Shown here in pieces: positions 62,798-64,000 of a stretch of DNA of 64,000 bases (position 1 is the first letter of the stretch; each line of letters opens with the position of its first letter). Both the position numbers and the translations under genes were made by a program. Below the pieces are notes generated by a model that saw only the letters and a program-made list of their open reading frames with translations, was not told where the DNA came from and did no database searches. The DNA is from Octopus sinensis. Lineage: Eukaryota. Location: positions 45,322,001-45,386,000 of the forward strand of contig NC_043002.1 of the NCBI RefSeq assembly GCF_006345805.1, written 5' to 3'.

Positions 62798-63289
62798 CTA
62801 AATTAATTTAAGGAGAAAAAAAAGAAACATAAATATAATATGTTTAATACGAATTCTTACTTGAAATAAAGTGAAAAATGCAAATTTTATCAAAAAATTT
62901 AAAATAAAATTTAAACCTTGGACATGTTCTTGCTGTTTAGTTCCAGATCATTCATGACTGAACAGAGTAATAATCAAAGATGAGCCAATCATGACCCACC
63001 AGTCTTTTTGCATATTTAAGACAACACTATCCAATGTAAGTTGTGATTTGAGAAAGATTTAGGTGCTATGTGTAGTAGGTTGATCAGGTGCTTAGAGATT
63101 CACTTAATGGTATGCTATCATCAAAGGCATCCCCTAATAAGTAGTCAATGCTCTATTGAATTCAAAAGATATTGCAAAAGTATCCTTCCCACACCACCAT
63201 ACATTTCTCACTTATGAACTATGACTGCCTCTCCCTTCACATGCTTACAACCTACCAACCTACACATCATCTATCTTTCTCTCATCCTT

Positions 63290-63629
63290 CCCCTGTCTAC
63301 TATAGCCTCCGTATAACCAAAGCCTTGTGAGTGGATTTGGTGATTTGGTAAACAAAAACTAAAAGAAGCCCATTGTATAGGGGAACCAAAAGTAGGTTTA
63401 CAGTTATTATATAGGCACTTTAAATTACTTTTAAAATATTTTATTACATTTAAATTTCTATCTTACAATTATCTAAATTAACATAGAATAATGGTTTCAT
63501 ATTTTTTTTATAATTAAGATCTAAACTGCTAATAAATGAATGCAAAAGAGATAGTTGAATAACTGTAAACTTACTTTTAGGCCACCCTGTATAAATGTGT
63601 GTGTATGTGTGTGTGTGTGTGTGTGTGTG

Positions 63630-63677
<48 letters not shown>

Positions 63678-63870
63678 TTTTCTTTGACCCCCACCACTGC
63701 TTGACAACTGGTGCTGGTGCAGCAGTTTGGCAAAAGAGACCAATAGAATAAGTACCAGGTCTTAAAAAAATAAGTACTGAAGTTGATATATTCAACTAAA
63801 ATTCTTCAATGCAGTGCCCCAGCATGGCCGCAGTCTAATGACGGAAACAAGTAAACGAGAAAATAAATAA
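63290..63870 (+). mobile_element. Diverged family B SINE interrupted by a Tc1/mariner MITE
   Basis: Family B segments on both sides of 63378-63589. Confidence 0.75.
63378..63589. mobile_element. Tc1/mariner-type MITE
   Basis: TA-flanked imperfect TIRs (TAGGGGAACCAAAAGTAGGTTTACAGTTATT / AATAACTGTAAACTTACTTTTAGGCCACCCTG). Confidence 0.8.
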
Positions 63871-64000
63871 AAGATATCCTACTGTTTTTCTTCAAATTAT
63901 TGGGCTGCTCACCCATTAAGAAATATCTTTGGTTACAAAATATGAAGTAATTGACTATTTATTCCAAAAGAGTGTTAGACAAATAAATATAAAAAAAAAA

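Overview
AT-rich, repeat-dense animal genomic DNA. The tRNA-derived SINE families and (TA)n/(CA)n load look like an octopus (coleoid cephalopod) genome; this is pattern recognition, not a search result. The only gene I can name with confidence is the 3' end of CPSF1 on the minus strand: four spliceable coding exons at 62797-62639, 60214-60085, 57535-57397 and 55156-55109, with matching phases. It sits in a strongly CpG-depleted domain from about 52.5 kb to 64 kb. The first ~52 kb retains CpG and is a transposon graveyard: many SINEs, a disrupted Ty3/Gypsy element, mariner remnants, a CR1-type LINE end, a non-autonomous Helitron and several MITE/foldback elements. It also holds scattered, mutually similar decayed coding-like segments and a few isolated exon candidates. 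Most ORFs in the supplied track are microsatellite or SINE artefacts. Best leads: (1) two unrelated non-autonomous elements, one a tRNA-headed SINE, that each carry a Penelope-type minimal hammerhead-ribozyme motif and an 11-bp TSD; (2) a ~925-bp foldback element whose loop is a near-perfect copy of 146 bp of neighbouring DNA; (3) two insertions with 28- and 33-bp target duplications; (4) repeated same-site SINE insertion; (5) a possible decayed multi-copy LRR-like gene family; (6) a genomic Lys codon at a normally Glu position of CPSF1. All counts and alignments were done by hand. No CRISPR array, rRNA or intact tRNA was seen.
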